Below the pieces are notes generated by a model. That model searched no databases and was not told where the DNA came from. It saw only the letters and a list, made by a program, of their open reading frames with translations. Source: a virus (lineage: Duplodnaviria > Caudoviricetes). Taken from it: 64,000 nt of DNA. The stretch covers positions 1,163-65,162 of IMG/VR virus record IMGVR_UViG_3300025118_004856. One strand, 5' to 3'. Position numbers and translations under genes: made by a program. Each line of letters begins with the position of its first letter. The stretch's first letter is position 1. Below, piece by piece: positions 27,883 to 37,164 of the stretch.

Positions 27883-30246
27883 TTAATCCCCTAAAATTTC
27901 ATTAATATCAACCATATCAAACCAATTTTCTCCTACAGAACAATCAACTTCTAAAGGTACATTTATAAAAGGTAAATCTAAATTAGTCATAATATCTTTT
28001 ATCTCATTATACGAACTTTCTACTTTGTCATCTGGGATATAAAAAGAATTATCATCATGAATCGTCCAGCACATTCTATATCCTTTTTTTATGGACTTAA
28101 TTAAAGATTTTAAAGTAAAATCTGCCGCCAATGATTGGATCGGAGTATTTATAATTTGGTTGTAACTCAAAGGAGCATATCTCTTCCGACCAAATAATGA
28201 TTCTACATAACCATTTTTATCATAAAATTTTTTAACTTTCACTTGCCATCTCTTCATTCCAGGGAACTCTTTAAATAGCTCATCCTGTAATTGTTTAGAT
28301 ATATCTTCTTTAATATCTAAAGACTCAGCAATTGATTTATAGGAAGCCCCATAAAACGAAGGAAACACAAATGAATTTTTACCTTCGTGTCTTGTAGTTT
28401 CCCTACCAGTTAATTCTTTTATTCTATCCGCCCAGAACTGATGCATATCATATTTTTCTTTAATATATTTAATCAATGTACTGTCCTTTGATTCCATAGC
28501 CATACCCCTAACTTCCGCACCACTATAATCAAAAGACATAATCAAATGATCTTTAGGAGCATTAAACATTCCCCGAATAAATCTATTTTTCCTCTTTGGA
28601 ATATTTTGCATATTCGGATTCGTACCTGACAACCTACCTGTCCCAGTAAGATGAAGATTAAAACTTGGGTGCAATAATCCATCATCATAAAGAACATCTT
28701 CAAGCCCATCTACATAAGTCGACAACAACTTCGCTAACCCACGATACTCCAATAAAAATTCACAGAAAGGTTCTTTTTTATAATGTTCTAATACTTCCTT
28801 ATCCACACTATTCTTACCTTTAGCAGTTTTCTTAATTGATTTCAATTTTAACACATTAAATAAAATTTTAGATATTTGATCTGGTGAATTTAAATCCTTA
28901 ATATCTGTCAAAATAATTCCATTTCTTTTCAGAATATCTTTTAAATTTTTTATTGCTATTGTCTGTTTACTAATTAATTTACCCCTAATATCTTTCACTA
29001 CAGATTTATCAACTAGAACACCTTCTATTTCAGAATCAAGTATAGTATCTGTCCCAGGAAGTAATAAATCATAATAAATTTTAGATTGTTTATCATCTGT
29101 ATCCATATAAATCCATTTGCATTCTTCTAATGCAAAAGTTAATCGGGCATCTCTTCCCTGATAATCATGTAATAATGTTGTAGGACACCTCCTCATATCT
29201 TTTTTATATTTATTAGCTTCTTTAATTTTACCAACCCCAAAATTAACAAATGATTGAAACTCAAGATTATTCGTACCTTTTCGTGAATCTTCTAAATAAG
29301 AAACCAACATCATATCTCTAATGTCACCTGTTATATCAACTCCTAATCTGTTGACCGCCCAATCTTTTTCAAACTTATAATTAAAAAATACTTTAGGACA
29401 ATCAGAATTAAACAATTCATCAAACTCAAATACTAATTCTTTCCACTGCTCATCACTCCAATTACCTTCCATAAGAAACGTATATGATTCATTTGCCCCA
29501 ATAGCTATCCCGCAACTAACAATAACTGAATCTTCATTATATGGACGCAATGGGTATGTTTCCCAATCTAAAGCAAATTTTAAACTATCCTTTCTTATAC
29601 TTCTTAATACATCAATAACATCATCAAACTCTTCTAATACAGTATTACCTTTAGTGAAATCATTTAACTTTAAATCTTTATTCTTTAAAATTTTTAATTT
29701 CGATAAATCATTTTCAAAGATAGTTTTATATTCATAATCTTTTAATACTTTGGTTGGATGATAGGTAGGAACTATATAGCAATTGTAATCTGTGGACAAT
29801 AATTGGTAACCACTATATTTAGAAACAGCACTCTCATTTAAAATAGCCTTACAAGCCACCCCTCCTAACAAAACCATTATCTTTGGTTGAACTTGCTTAA
29901 TATCTTCCTGAAGGAATTTAAAACAGCATTTTATTTCTTTAGCAGTAGGAGTTCTATTTTTTTCTGGTCTGCATCTTACACTGTTAGTTATAAAACAATC
30001 TTCAGCTTTAATCTTAAATTTCTTTAAAGTATTTCTTAACAACTCCCCAGATTTCCCAAGGAAAGGTCTGCCTTGTCTATCTTCCTCCCGCATAGGAGCT
30101 TCGCCAATAATCATAATGTCAGCTTCAGAATTGCCCGATCCTTTCATTACAGGAGTCTTACAGTTCTTATCTAACTTACAAACCGAGCAGTCATAAACTG
30201 ACCCAGTGCTTTTCGATTTTTTAATTCTAACAGGGAAAAAAGACAT
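27883..30246 (-). CDS. family A DNA polymerase with N-terminal family-4 uracil-DNA glycosylase-like domain
   Basis: GEAP, NSVRCRP, TYHP (UDG); DWET exo I; TGRLS, NMQNIP, DYSGAE, IHD. Confidence 0.93.
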   Translation of the reverse strand: MSFFPVRIKKSKSTGSVYDCSVCKLDKNCKTPVMKGSGNSEADIMIIGEAPMREEDRQGRPFLGKSGELLRNTLKKFKIKAEDCFITNSVRCRPEKNRTPTAKEIKCCFKFLQEDIKQVQPKIMVLLGGVACKAILNESAVSKYSGYQLLSTDYNCYIVPTYHPTKVLKDYEYKTIFENDLSKLKILKNKDLKLNDFTKGNTVLEEFDDVIDVLRSIRKDSLKFALDWETYPLRPYNEDSVIVSCGIAIGANESYTFLMEGNWSDEQWKELVFEFDELFNSDCPKVFFNYKFEKDWAVNRLGVDITGDIRDMMLVSYLEDSRKGTNNLEFQSFVNFGVGKIKEANKYKKDMRRCPTTLLHDYQGRDARLTFALEECKWIYMDTDDKQSKIYYDLLLPGTDTILDSEIEGVLVDKSVVKDIRGKLISKQTIAIKNLKDILKRNGIILTDIKDLNSPDQISKILFNVLKLKSIKKTAKGKNSVDKEVLEHYKKEPFCEFLLEYRGLAKLLSTYVDGLEDVLYDDGLLHPSFNLHLTGTGRLSGTNPNMQNIPKRKNRFIRGMFNAPKDHLIMSFDYSGAEVRGMAMESKDSTLIKYIKEKYDMHQFWADRIKELTGRETTRHEGKNSFVFPSFYGASYKSIAESLDIKEDISKQLQDELFKEFPGMKRWQVKVKKFYDKNGYVESLFGRKRYAPLSYNQIINTPIQSLAADFTLKSLIKSIKKGYRMCWTIHDDNSFYIPDDKVESSYNEIKDIMTNLDLPFINVPLEVDCSVGENWFDMVDINEILGD

Positions 30247-31335
30247 TTAACCTACAAGACTAACAAGAATATCAATTTTAGAATCTTCCGCAATAAAATA
30301 CAAAACTTTAGCCTTACCAGAATCAACAACACCAAATTTATCACTAATTTTACTACAAGAAAATAATGATGGAATAAATACTTCTACTTCATCCTTTATT
30401 TTACAACCCTTAACCTCTACCTTCTCATTTAAATGACTGAACGATTTATTATCTAAATCGAACTCAACGCCACCCTTATCAAATTTTAATGAGCAATTCT
30501 TGTCTATCAATCCTTGGCTAACTAAATTTATTCTTTCAAAACAATCTAAGAATTCATCAACTATATTTATAACATCAGTTTTTAAATGTTTTTTAAATGA
30601 AGTAAACGTACCTTTACAATCAGGAAACTTAACATCTGGAATAGAATGAATAACCTCAACCTTATTTCCTTTTGTCCCATAAGCAGTAATAAAATTATCA
30701 AACACTTCTATTGTTTCTAATTCTGAAATCAACCGTATTAACTCAATACAAAAAGATTTAGGAATAAAAATATCAGATTTCAAATCTAATTTAATTTTGG
30801 CTCTTGAAATAATTCTACCATTTGTAGCATATATATAATCTGAAGTAGCTAATAAACCTATATAATGCGGAAATAATTGATCATCACCAGTAAAAGGTAA
30901 TAAATCTCTAACAGCCTTAATAAATTTTTCTGTTATAATTAAAGTAGTAGTTGGCTTATCATTCTCACCAATAACAGGACAATTAAAATCCTTTGCGGGC
31001 AACCCCTGCAATTTATTAACAGATTTCCCAGAAGTAATAGTCACCAAATTATCTTTATTAGTTTTAAATTTTATATCTTTTTTTAATGTTGAAACAAATC
31101 TGTACAAAAAATCTCCTGGCACAGCCAAATCAAAATCCACATCTGTATCCGCTCCAACATAGAGCTCACCATTATAAGCTTCAACTCTTTTATCATTAAA
31201 ACAAAAATGAGTTAATATAGGAGAATACGGTTTATTTGAGCCTCCAATAATCCATTCGGCACAATATCTATTCCAAGGTATAGATAAAGCAGGTCTTACT
31301 AAATTTAATGATGCTAATAAATCAGCTGTTTTCAT
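30247..31335 (-). CDS. sliding clamp (DnaN-like)
   Basis: ~360 aa, PILTHFCF, YATNG, FIP, FP motifs; beside polymerase and loader. Confidence 0.75.
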   Translation of the reverse strand: MKTADLLASLNLVRPALSIPWNRYCAEWIIGGSNKPYSPILTHFCFNDKRVEAYNGELYVGADTDVDFDLAVPGDFLYRFVSTLKKDIKFKTNKDNLVTITSGKSVNKLQGLPAKDFNCPVIGENDKPTTTLIITEKFIKAVRDLLPFTGDDQLFPHYIGLLATSDYIYATNGRIISRAKIKLDLKSDIFIPKSFCIELIRLISELETIEVFDNFITAYGTKGNKVEVIHSIPDVKFPDCKGTFTSFKKHLKTDVINIVDEFLDCFERINLVSQGLIDKNCSLKFDKGGVEFDLDNKSFSHLNEKVEVKGCKIKDEVEVFIPSLFSCSKISDKFGVVDSGKAKVLYFIAEDSKIDILVSLVG

Positions 31336-31487
31336 TTAATTCCTTTCGAATAAAGTTTTATTAATTTTCTTATACCATTTTTATTAACACGTCCAGAATC
31401 CACAAAAGACGTTAATATTTTAGCATCATTTTCACGTAACATTTTAGCCCTTGTTAATCTATGAACAAATGCAAAATATATTTTCAC
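31332..31487 (-). CDS. small protein resembling the N-terminus of phage TGT/DpdA-like proteins
   Basis: GTG start; MKIYFA...LTSFVDSG; directly after queE remnant. Confidence 0.45.
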   Translation of the reverse strand: MKIYFAFVHRLTRAKMLRENDAKILTSFVDSGRVNKNGIRKLIKLYSKGIK

Positions 31488-31725
31488 TCCATATTTACCA
31501 ACTTATGTAATTGAACACTTACAACTGGGTATAAAATATTATACTCACCCATTAAACCCATTAATTGTCTACATGAAAACATATTTAAAACTGGAGAAAA
31601 AGCAACATTTGCATGATCTGGGAAAAGCCAATGAATTACCGATACCGCTTTTACAAAATCTTTATGATCTTGAATAACAAATTTTACCCAATCATCTTTA
31701 TGCAGAGCTGTTTTGAATATCTCAT
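31484..31725 (-). pseudogene. queE: C-terminal remnant of QueE (7-carboxy-7-deazaguanine synthase)
   Basis: DWVKFVIQDHKDF...FSPV...SVQLHK matches the QueE C-terminal pattern; radical SAM CxxxCxxC half missing. Confidence 0.75.
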
Positions 31726-32680
31726 CTTTCTTAATCCCAGAAGTAGAAAGCGCATAATACCTTTTAATTTGAGGATTGTTTTTAATTTTTCTTTCAACAA
31801 TGTCCGTTACCAGCTGCAATGATATTTCTTTTCCTGGTCCATGTTTTACCTCAACAGACTCAACAATATTATCTTCTCCGTCCAATATGTCAATATCTCC
31901 AGCCGCATGTTTGTCAGGGCCTGTATGTCTTCCTATTTCCATTGTTTTATTGTGATAACGATTAATCTCTTTCATCAAGCACTCATAAATAGCCGCTATT
32001 GCAAGCACTGGAAGTCTAGCAGCACCATGTGTATGATCTGTATAACTATAGTAAAAATGCTTTTGTAATGCCGAGATAATTATATTAATACTTGGCTCTA
32101 CTTCAGAAGCAACCAACGAAGGGATTTTTTTTATTGATGACAATATATGATCCATCTGCAATATTATTCTACAAAAAAGCGCAAGGAGATAATCTTTGGG
32201 GTTCTTTCCTTTTTCATTAATATCATTTAAAATTTGCAGGAAAGCTTTTTTTAGTTTTTCAGGTGATATTTTACCAGGGTAACTGAGGTTATATGGTTCT
32301 GGCTGTTCCAGGCTTCTAGTGAGCCAACCGGACTCAACCATGTAAGGGAAAATATGCTTGCCATCCATGGTGATTTTTTTCAGTGCTGGTGTAATATATG
32401 CTGTATCAATGGTCCGTCCGGAAAATCCCTCCGCAAGTTGCTGCTGATGATACCTTACGTCTTGAGATTCGTTTTTTATTTTATACGTCAATAGAGTTAT
32501 AAGTACCGTTGTTACTGCTTTACGTTTATAGCAATATTCTGCAACAATATCTAAACAGTTATTGGCATGGAAGGAAAGACGCTTATTAATAGAGTTCCCA
32601 TTATCGATTTCTCTTTCGCTGTGTGCCTCTCCGTATATTTCCAATACAAACTTGCCATAGTCAAATGCCATTACAGTCAC
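31484..32680 (-). CDS. type II restriction endonuclease (PD-(D/E)XK), C-terminally truncated and fused in frame to the QueE remnant
   Basis: FSGRTIDT, ESGWLTRSLEQ, GDIDI...VEVKHG; preceded by Dcm fragments. Confidence 0.7.
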   Translation of the reverse strand: MTVMAFDYGKFVLEIYGEAHSEREIDNGNSINKRLSFHANNCLDIVAEYCYKRKAVTTVLITLLTYKIKNESQDVRYHQQQLAEGFSGRTIDTAYITPALKKITMDGKHIFPYMVESGWLTRSLEQPEPYNLSYPGKISPEKLKKAFLQILNDINEKGKNPKDYLLALFCRIILQMDHILSSIKKIPSLVASEVEPSINIIISALQKHFYYSYTDHTHGAARLPVLAIAAIYECLMKEINRYHNKTMEIGRHTGPDKHAAGDIDILDGEDNIVESVEVKHGPGKEISLQLVTDIVERKIKNNPQIKRYYALSTSGIKKDEIFKTALHKDDWVKFVIQDHKDFVKAVSVIHWLFPDHANVAFSPVLNMFSCRQLMGLMGEYNILYPVVSVQLHKLVNME

Positions 32681-32873
32681 TCACTTAAATATTTAAAATA
32701 GTTGAACTCATTTTCCCATACCCTCTTGGAAAGGGATAACAGGACATAAAATATCCCTTTTCGATTGTTCTGTTTGTATAAGAAGATCTTAAATCAAATC
32801 TCATATTCCAAATTTCTTGGATAAACTCTTTTTTTTGATTTTCTTTTCCATTCAAATTGTTTGATGGATGCGA

Positions 32874-33005
32874 TAATGTTTCCGAAAATACTTTTTCAAT
32901 TTCAACACACGCTAAAATATCAAAGCCTGCCTGGTGGAATCCTATATCTAGCCCACCAGCTCCAGAAAACAAAGAAAGGGTTCTAATTTGACATTTTGTG
33001 GCCAT
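32874..33005 (-). pseudogene. C5-cytosine DNA methyltransferase N-terminal fragment 2
   Basis: TLSLFSGAGGLDIGF (motif I), CVEIE (motif II); no PCQ motif follows. Confidence 0.85.
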
Positions 33006-33066
33006 AACATCCAACTCCCCCTGAACTGAAAAGTGTGACATATGTAAGTTCCTTGTTCTTCAGCAT
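33001..33066 (-). pseudogene. C5-cytosine DNA methyltransferase N-terminal fragment 1 (different frame, not in ORF track)
   Basis: MLKNKELTYVTLFSSGGVGCYG, a motif I variant. Confidence 0.7.
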
Positions 33067-33096
33067 ATCGTCTTATTACCCAAATAAGAATATATT

Positions 33097-33426
33097 TTAT
33101 TGAACTCTTGACCTCTTCAAAGTTCTTGTTTTGGTTCCGCTTTTCTTTTCGCCTTTTGCACTTTTTTTAGATTTCTTTTTTGCTGTAGTTTTTGCCATTT
33201 TCTTTTCCTCCTTTCTAATAATTTTTGTTTTAACTTTTGTTATTGTAACCTCCTTTCCATTTGTTAAATCTTTACAGGTAATATGGTATGCTTCACAATC
33301 CTCCCAACAATGAGCGCAGCATTTATCACTTTCCAAATAACCCACACCAAATGAAGGGCATGGATCTTCTATACCATGTTTATGACTTAATTCCTCATTC
33401 AATTTTTTTATTTCACTAACTTCCAT
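33097..33426 (-). CDS. Cys-rich, basic-tailed protein; 3' end likely cut by insertion near 33130
   Basis: C-x-CC-C-C-C cluster then Lys-rich linker ending abruptly. Confidence 0.6.
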   Translation of the reverse strand: MEVSEIKKLNEELSHKHGIEDPCPSFGVGYLESDKCCAHCWEDCEAYHITCKDLTNGKEVTITKVKTKIIRKEEKKMAKTTAKKKSKKSAKGEKKSGTKTRTLKRSRVQ

Positions 33427-34492
33427 CTCTTACCTCCTCACAAATATTATACTCATTAAAAATGTTATGAAGCTGACTTTTTTTTAAATCCGCAGGGTCT
33501 TTTCCATCAGGCAACCTCACAACGGTAATGTTATCAATAAAAACACCTAATTCTTTTTTTATTTTTTCCGCTTCAATCCAAGCATTATAATCAAACATAA
33601 TGAACAGTTTCTTTGGATTCCTTAAAAACAGAAGTTCCTTTTGTCTTTCAGAAAGAACCAAGCCCATAGAGGCAACCGCCAAACCTTTACCGACTCTTAT
33701 AGCATCAAGCACCCCTTCAACTAACACCAATTGGTCTTGCTTAACTTCAACATAATCTAATCCGTATAAAATAGATTTTATTGATATGATTGATTCATCA
33801 TTACCCAGATGCAGATATCTTAACGTGGCATTGCCTGTCACATCTCTTCCCGTGTAATTAACTATTTTACCGTCACTGTATAACGGAAAAACCAATCTCC
33901 TTGTGAATTTACCTGAGATATACGCCTTCACGCCCCATCTGTTCAATTGGTCTATCGTAAAATTTCTTTGTTTTATATAAGACAGGAAAGAATTGTCTGT
34001 CAGTAAATTTGGATTTAACTCTTCTAACTTTTTACACCTCCCTTCTATAATCAATTTTTTCCTACTATTAATTTCCAGAAGTTTTTTATTCTCTGTACTT
34101 TTCCATCTTTCTTCTATCTTTTTCAGACTTTCATAAACGTTTTTGTCTTCCCAATCAGCTTCGTAAACGGAATATCCAACTATCCTTTTAAATGCTTCTT
34201 TAGAATTTAAACCCTCCAACAAATAAATGAGTTTAAATAAACTTCCTCTGCCATTCTCATCATAATCCCCGCATCGCCAACAGTTGTAAAATTTCTTTTC
34301 AATGTTAATGCCCATATGATAATTATCATCACCACACAACGGACAACAAATCCCTATTGAACCATTCCCAATATTCTTTCCTGAATCCTTATAATCAATT
34401 CCTATCTCATCAAGATAAGATTCAATATCAAATTCCTGTATTACTTCTTGAAGGTCAATTGCCAATCGTTTCCTCCAAAGAGGTTTCATCAC
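33416..34492 (-). CDS. DNA primase
   Basis: Zinc finger CPLC...CWRC; TOPRIM LVEGVLDA, MFD, KDPAD. Confidence 0.92.
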   Translation of the reverse strand: MMKPLWRKRLAIDLQEVIQEFDIESYLDEIGIDYKDSGKNIGNGSIGICCPLCGDDNYHMGINIEKKFYNCWRCGDYDENGRGSLFKLIYLLEGLNSKEAFKRIVGYSVYEADWEDKNVYESLKKIEERWKSTENKKLLEINSRKKLIIEGRCKKLEELNPNLLTDNSFLSYIKQRNFTIDQLNRWGVKAYISGKFTRRLVFPLYSDGKIVNYTGRDVTGNATLRYLHLGNDESIISIKSILYGLDYVEVKQDQLVLVEGVLDAIRVGKGLAVASMGLVLSERQKELLFLRNPKKLFIMFDYNAWIEAEKIKKELGVFIDNITVVRLPDGKDPADLKKSQLHNIFNEYNICEEVRDGS

Positions 34493-34760
34493 CTATTTCA
34501 ATTCCACGACCTACATAAATATAAATATCTCCCATAGAATCCTCCTCATCAAAGGCTCCTTCAGTATAAAAAACATCATGTATAACTTCTATAACTTTAT
34601 GCTTATGGGAAACGCCCTTATTGTCTTCTTCCTTATTATTATAATACATAATATTTATAAAATCCCCCACTCTTGGTACAGACATAACATCCTTTATACA
34701 AACTTCCCCTTCAAAAGCACTGGCGGCACTATTACTAACTCCTCGGATATACATAACCAT
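34455..34760 (-). CDS. hypothetical protein
   Basis: AGGAGG RBS; VPRVGD motif. Confidence 0.65.
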   Translation of the reverse strand: MVMYIRGVSNSAASAFEGEVCIKDVMSVPRVGDFINIMYYNNKEEDNKGVSHKHKVIEVIHDVFYTEGAFDEEDSMGDIYIYVGRGIEIGDETSLEETIGN

Positions 34761-34778
34761 TTTTTCCTCCTATAAAAA

Positions 34779-36107
34779 TTACTCAACAAATTCACTTTCT
34801 AAAGCAAATCCACCTATAGCAAAGCATTGCTTCAATCTTATCTCAAAATGTTTTCTACCTTCCCGAACCTTCGCTCCAAATAATCGCATGACTCCATCCT
34901 TTTCCTCTGCGTCTGTCTGGCACAGGGCAATTATTATATCCGCGATAGTAACTTTCCCGATAGATTTCGATATGTTTTTTAACGTAACTTTTGAAGCGTC
35001 AAAAGCTTGCCTGTTTGCCTGCGAAGCCGACACAACAGCTATGTTTCTTTCTTTTGCCAATCCTCTTAACTGAGTGAACACCCGATCAATTTCATCCTGA
35101 TGATTTTTATAATCCTTATCCGATGAAATCAAATCAGCGTAATCTACAAATATAATATCAGGGACAAAACCTTTTATGGCTTCAAGTGAATTAAGATGAT
35201 TATGTAAATCATCAACAGTACATTTACCTTCTACAAATTCCTTAACTAAAATTTCCCCGCCCCTTGCCTGATAAAATTTCTTACTAAAATGAAAACTGTT
35301 TCCACTTGAAATAGTTTCCCTGTCACTAAAATCTCCTATAGTTCCATCCAAATAAACAACCTCTAATTTTTTACCTTTGTCAATATCCCGCCTCAACCCA
35401 GATAAAGACATTCCTATTCTTTGGTGTATTCTATTCTTTGACATCTCAAGAGTGTAATACACTCCGTAACCACCACGCCTTAAAATACTCTTTACCCCTT
35501 CAATCATAGCCCATGATTTTCCCACCCCAGTTGCTGCAAGCCATAAAAAAAGTTCCCCTCTTACATAACCGCCCAACAAAGTATTTAGTTCTGGGATAGA
35601 AAAATTACACACTACATCCATGTCCTCTTTTTGATATTGGTAATCCCAAAAGCTTTCCCCAACCTCTTGACCATCAACTCTATTTCGACAAGCATCTATT
35701 ATAATATCTTTTATATCTTCATAATCACCTTTTCGAACTAATTCAGCAGCCTCCAGAATTGCCTTCGCTATAGCAGCCTTCTGAACACAATCTGATAACT
35801 TACCCAAAACATATTCTTTATTGGGTTCCATATCATAAAGTTTACCAATATACTTTTCATATAAATCCTGTTTTATTTTACTAAGCTTTAATATCTTCGA
35901 TTTGGAAAAAAAGAAGTCAATAAATTCTTCGGTAGGACTATGCTTATATTTATCATAATAATCATATATAGACTGGCAAGTGGTTTTCCTTATCTCCCCA
36001 TCAAACATATCAGCAGATACAAGTGAACGAATTATCTTTAATGAATCAGTATCCATTAACATAATTCGTAAAGTTGAATCTTGAATGTAATTAGTAAAGG
36101 TTTCCAT
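34779..36107 (-). CDS. replicative helicase (DnaB/gp41-like)
   Basis: ATGVGKS, YTLEM, FVDYAD, SASQANR. Confidence 0.92.
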   Translation of the reverse strand: METFTNYIQDSTLRIMLMDTDSLKIIRSLVSADMFDGEIRKTTCQSIYDYYDKYKHSPTEEFIDFFFSKSKILKLSKIKQDLYEKYIGKLYDMEPNKEYVLGKLSDCVQKAAIAKAILEAAELVRKGDYEDIKDIIIDACRNRVDGQEVGESFWDYQYQKEDMDVVCNFSIPELNTLLGGYVRGELFLWLAATGVGKSWAMIEGVKSILRRGGYGVYYTLEMSKNRIHQRIGMSLSGLRRDIDKGKKLEVVYLDGTIGDFSDRETISSGNSFHFSKKFYQARGGEILVKEFVEGKCTVDDLHNHLNSLEAIKGFVPDIIFVDYADLISSDKDYKNHQDEIDRVFTQLRGLAKERNIAVVSASQANRQAFDASKVTLKNISKSIGKVTIADIIIALCQTDAEEKDGVMRLFGAKVREGRKHFEIRLKQCFAIGGFALESEFVE

Positions 36108-37030
36108 TAAATTAATGCATCAGATTTAATATAAAATTTTACGGTCTCAGGTAATAAATGAGGAAACTTTTCAAAAACAGATTTTACATCATTAACTTTA
36201 TTATAAAAAGTTTTTACCTGCATCATCATTATCTTATTAAAACTCCCCTCAAGTTTACTTTCTTTTATTAAATTCTTTTTTATAGTTACCAATTCATTAA
36301 TATCCCAATCATATTCCCAATCCTGTATCTCCATCATAAGGTTTGAATACTTCAGCTTCTCTCTGGATTTATTTATCTTGTGTACCCAATAATTATGACA
36401 CTCAATAGAATCTTTAAAGCTAAATTTTTTCTTACACATTTTTTCTTTGTTTGTTAATTCAACAACCCGTTTTTGAAATAATCCATTTCCTTCTTTAATA
36501 TTATACCCATGGTCTTCGTCGTATTTATCCCAATGACCTTCCCATTCAAGTAAACTCCTATCTGTTAAAAGCTGGTTTGGTAAAGGTCTATTCTTTTTAA
36601 AATAAGAGGATTGAGGAAGGTCGCCTTCCCTAAAACAGATATTAAAATATTCTTTTATTATATATTTAAAATCTGTAAATCTCTGGCGACCCTGATGAAG
36701 CTTCCAATGAAGAATGTAATTGGTAAGAGAAACAAAATATTTGGTATTCGTCTTTGAGTTTATAAATCTTCTAATACCAAAAGAATTATTTTGTCGATAC
36801 CAGTGCTTCAATATGTACAGATACATCTCCTGAACAATATCAAAGCACTGGTTGTAGCTATGTTGCTTAATCTGTAGCTCCTTTAATGTTAAATCCTGGT
36901 ACTGAGCAAATACTGTTTTCGTATTTAATTTTGTTGGTGTTGCTTTCTTTAAATTTCCATTCCTATCTCTTAATGAATGAATAAAAATTCTTTTATATAT
37001 TCCACTTCTAATTTTTATTCTTTTAGACAT
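36107..37030 (-). CDS. hypothetical protein (replication-associated by context)
   Basis: 307 aa basic ORF coupled to helicase. Confidence 0.6.
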   Translation of the reverse strand: MSKRIKIRSGIYKRIFIHSLRDRNGNLKKATPTKLNTKTVFAQYQDLTLKELQIKQHSYNQCFDIVQEMYLYILKHWYRQNNSFGIRRFINSKTNTKYFVSLTNYILHWKLHQGRQRFTDFKYIIKEYFNICFREGDLPQSSYFKKNRPLPNQLLTDRSLLEWEGHWDKYDEDHGYNIKEGNGLFQKRVVELTNKEKMCKKKFSFKDSIECHNYWVHKINKSREKLKYSNLMMEIQDWEYDWDINELVTIKKNLIKESKLEGSFNKIMMMQVKTFYNKVNDVKSVFEKFPHLLPETVKFYIKSDALI

Positions 37031-37164
37031 ACTTCTTCCTAAAATAAATAATTATAAATTTATATTTAGAATTCATATGTAGGTTTGGAATATTTTTCAC
37101 TTTGAAAAGCAAAGCTAAAAATATTATACGAAATTTTTTTGTGGATGAAGCTATTATTTTAAAA

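Noticed and set aside
32685-33041. Functional 118 aa Dcm methyltransferase
   Set aside because: Only motifs I-II are present; the catalytic PCQ and ENV motifs are absent and the ORF appears chimeric.
37031-37164. Replication origin in AT-rich gap
   Set aside because: No iterons or other support; AT richness alone is uninformative in this genome.
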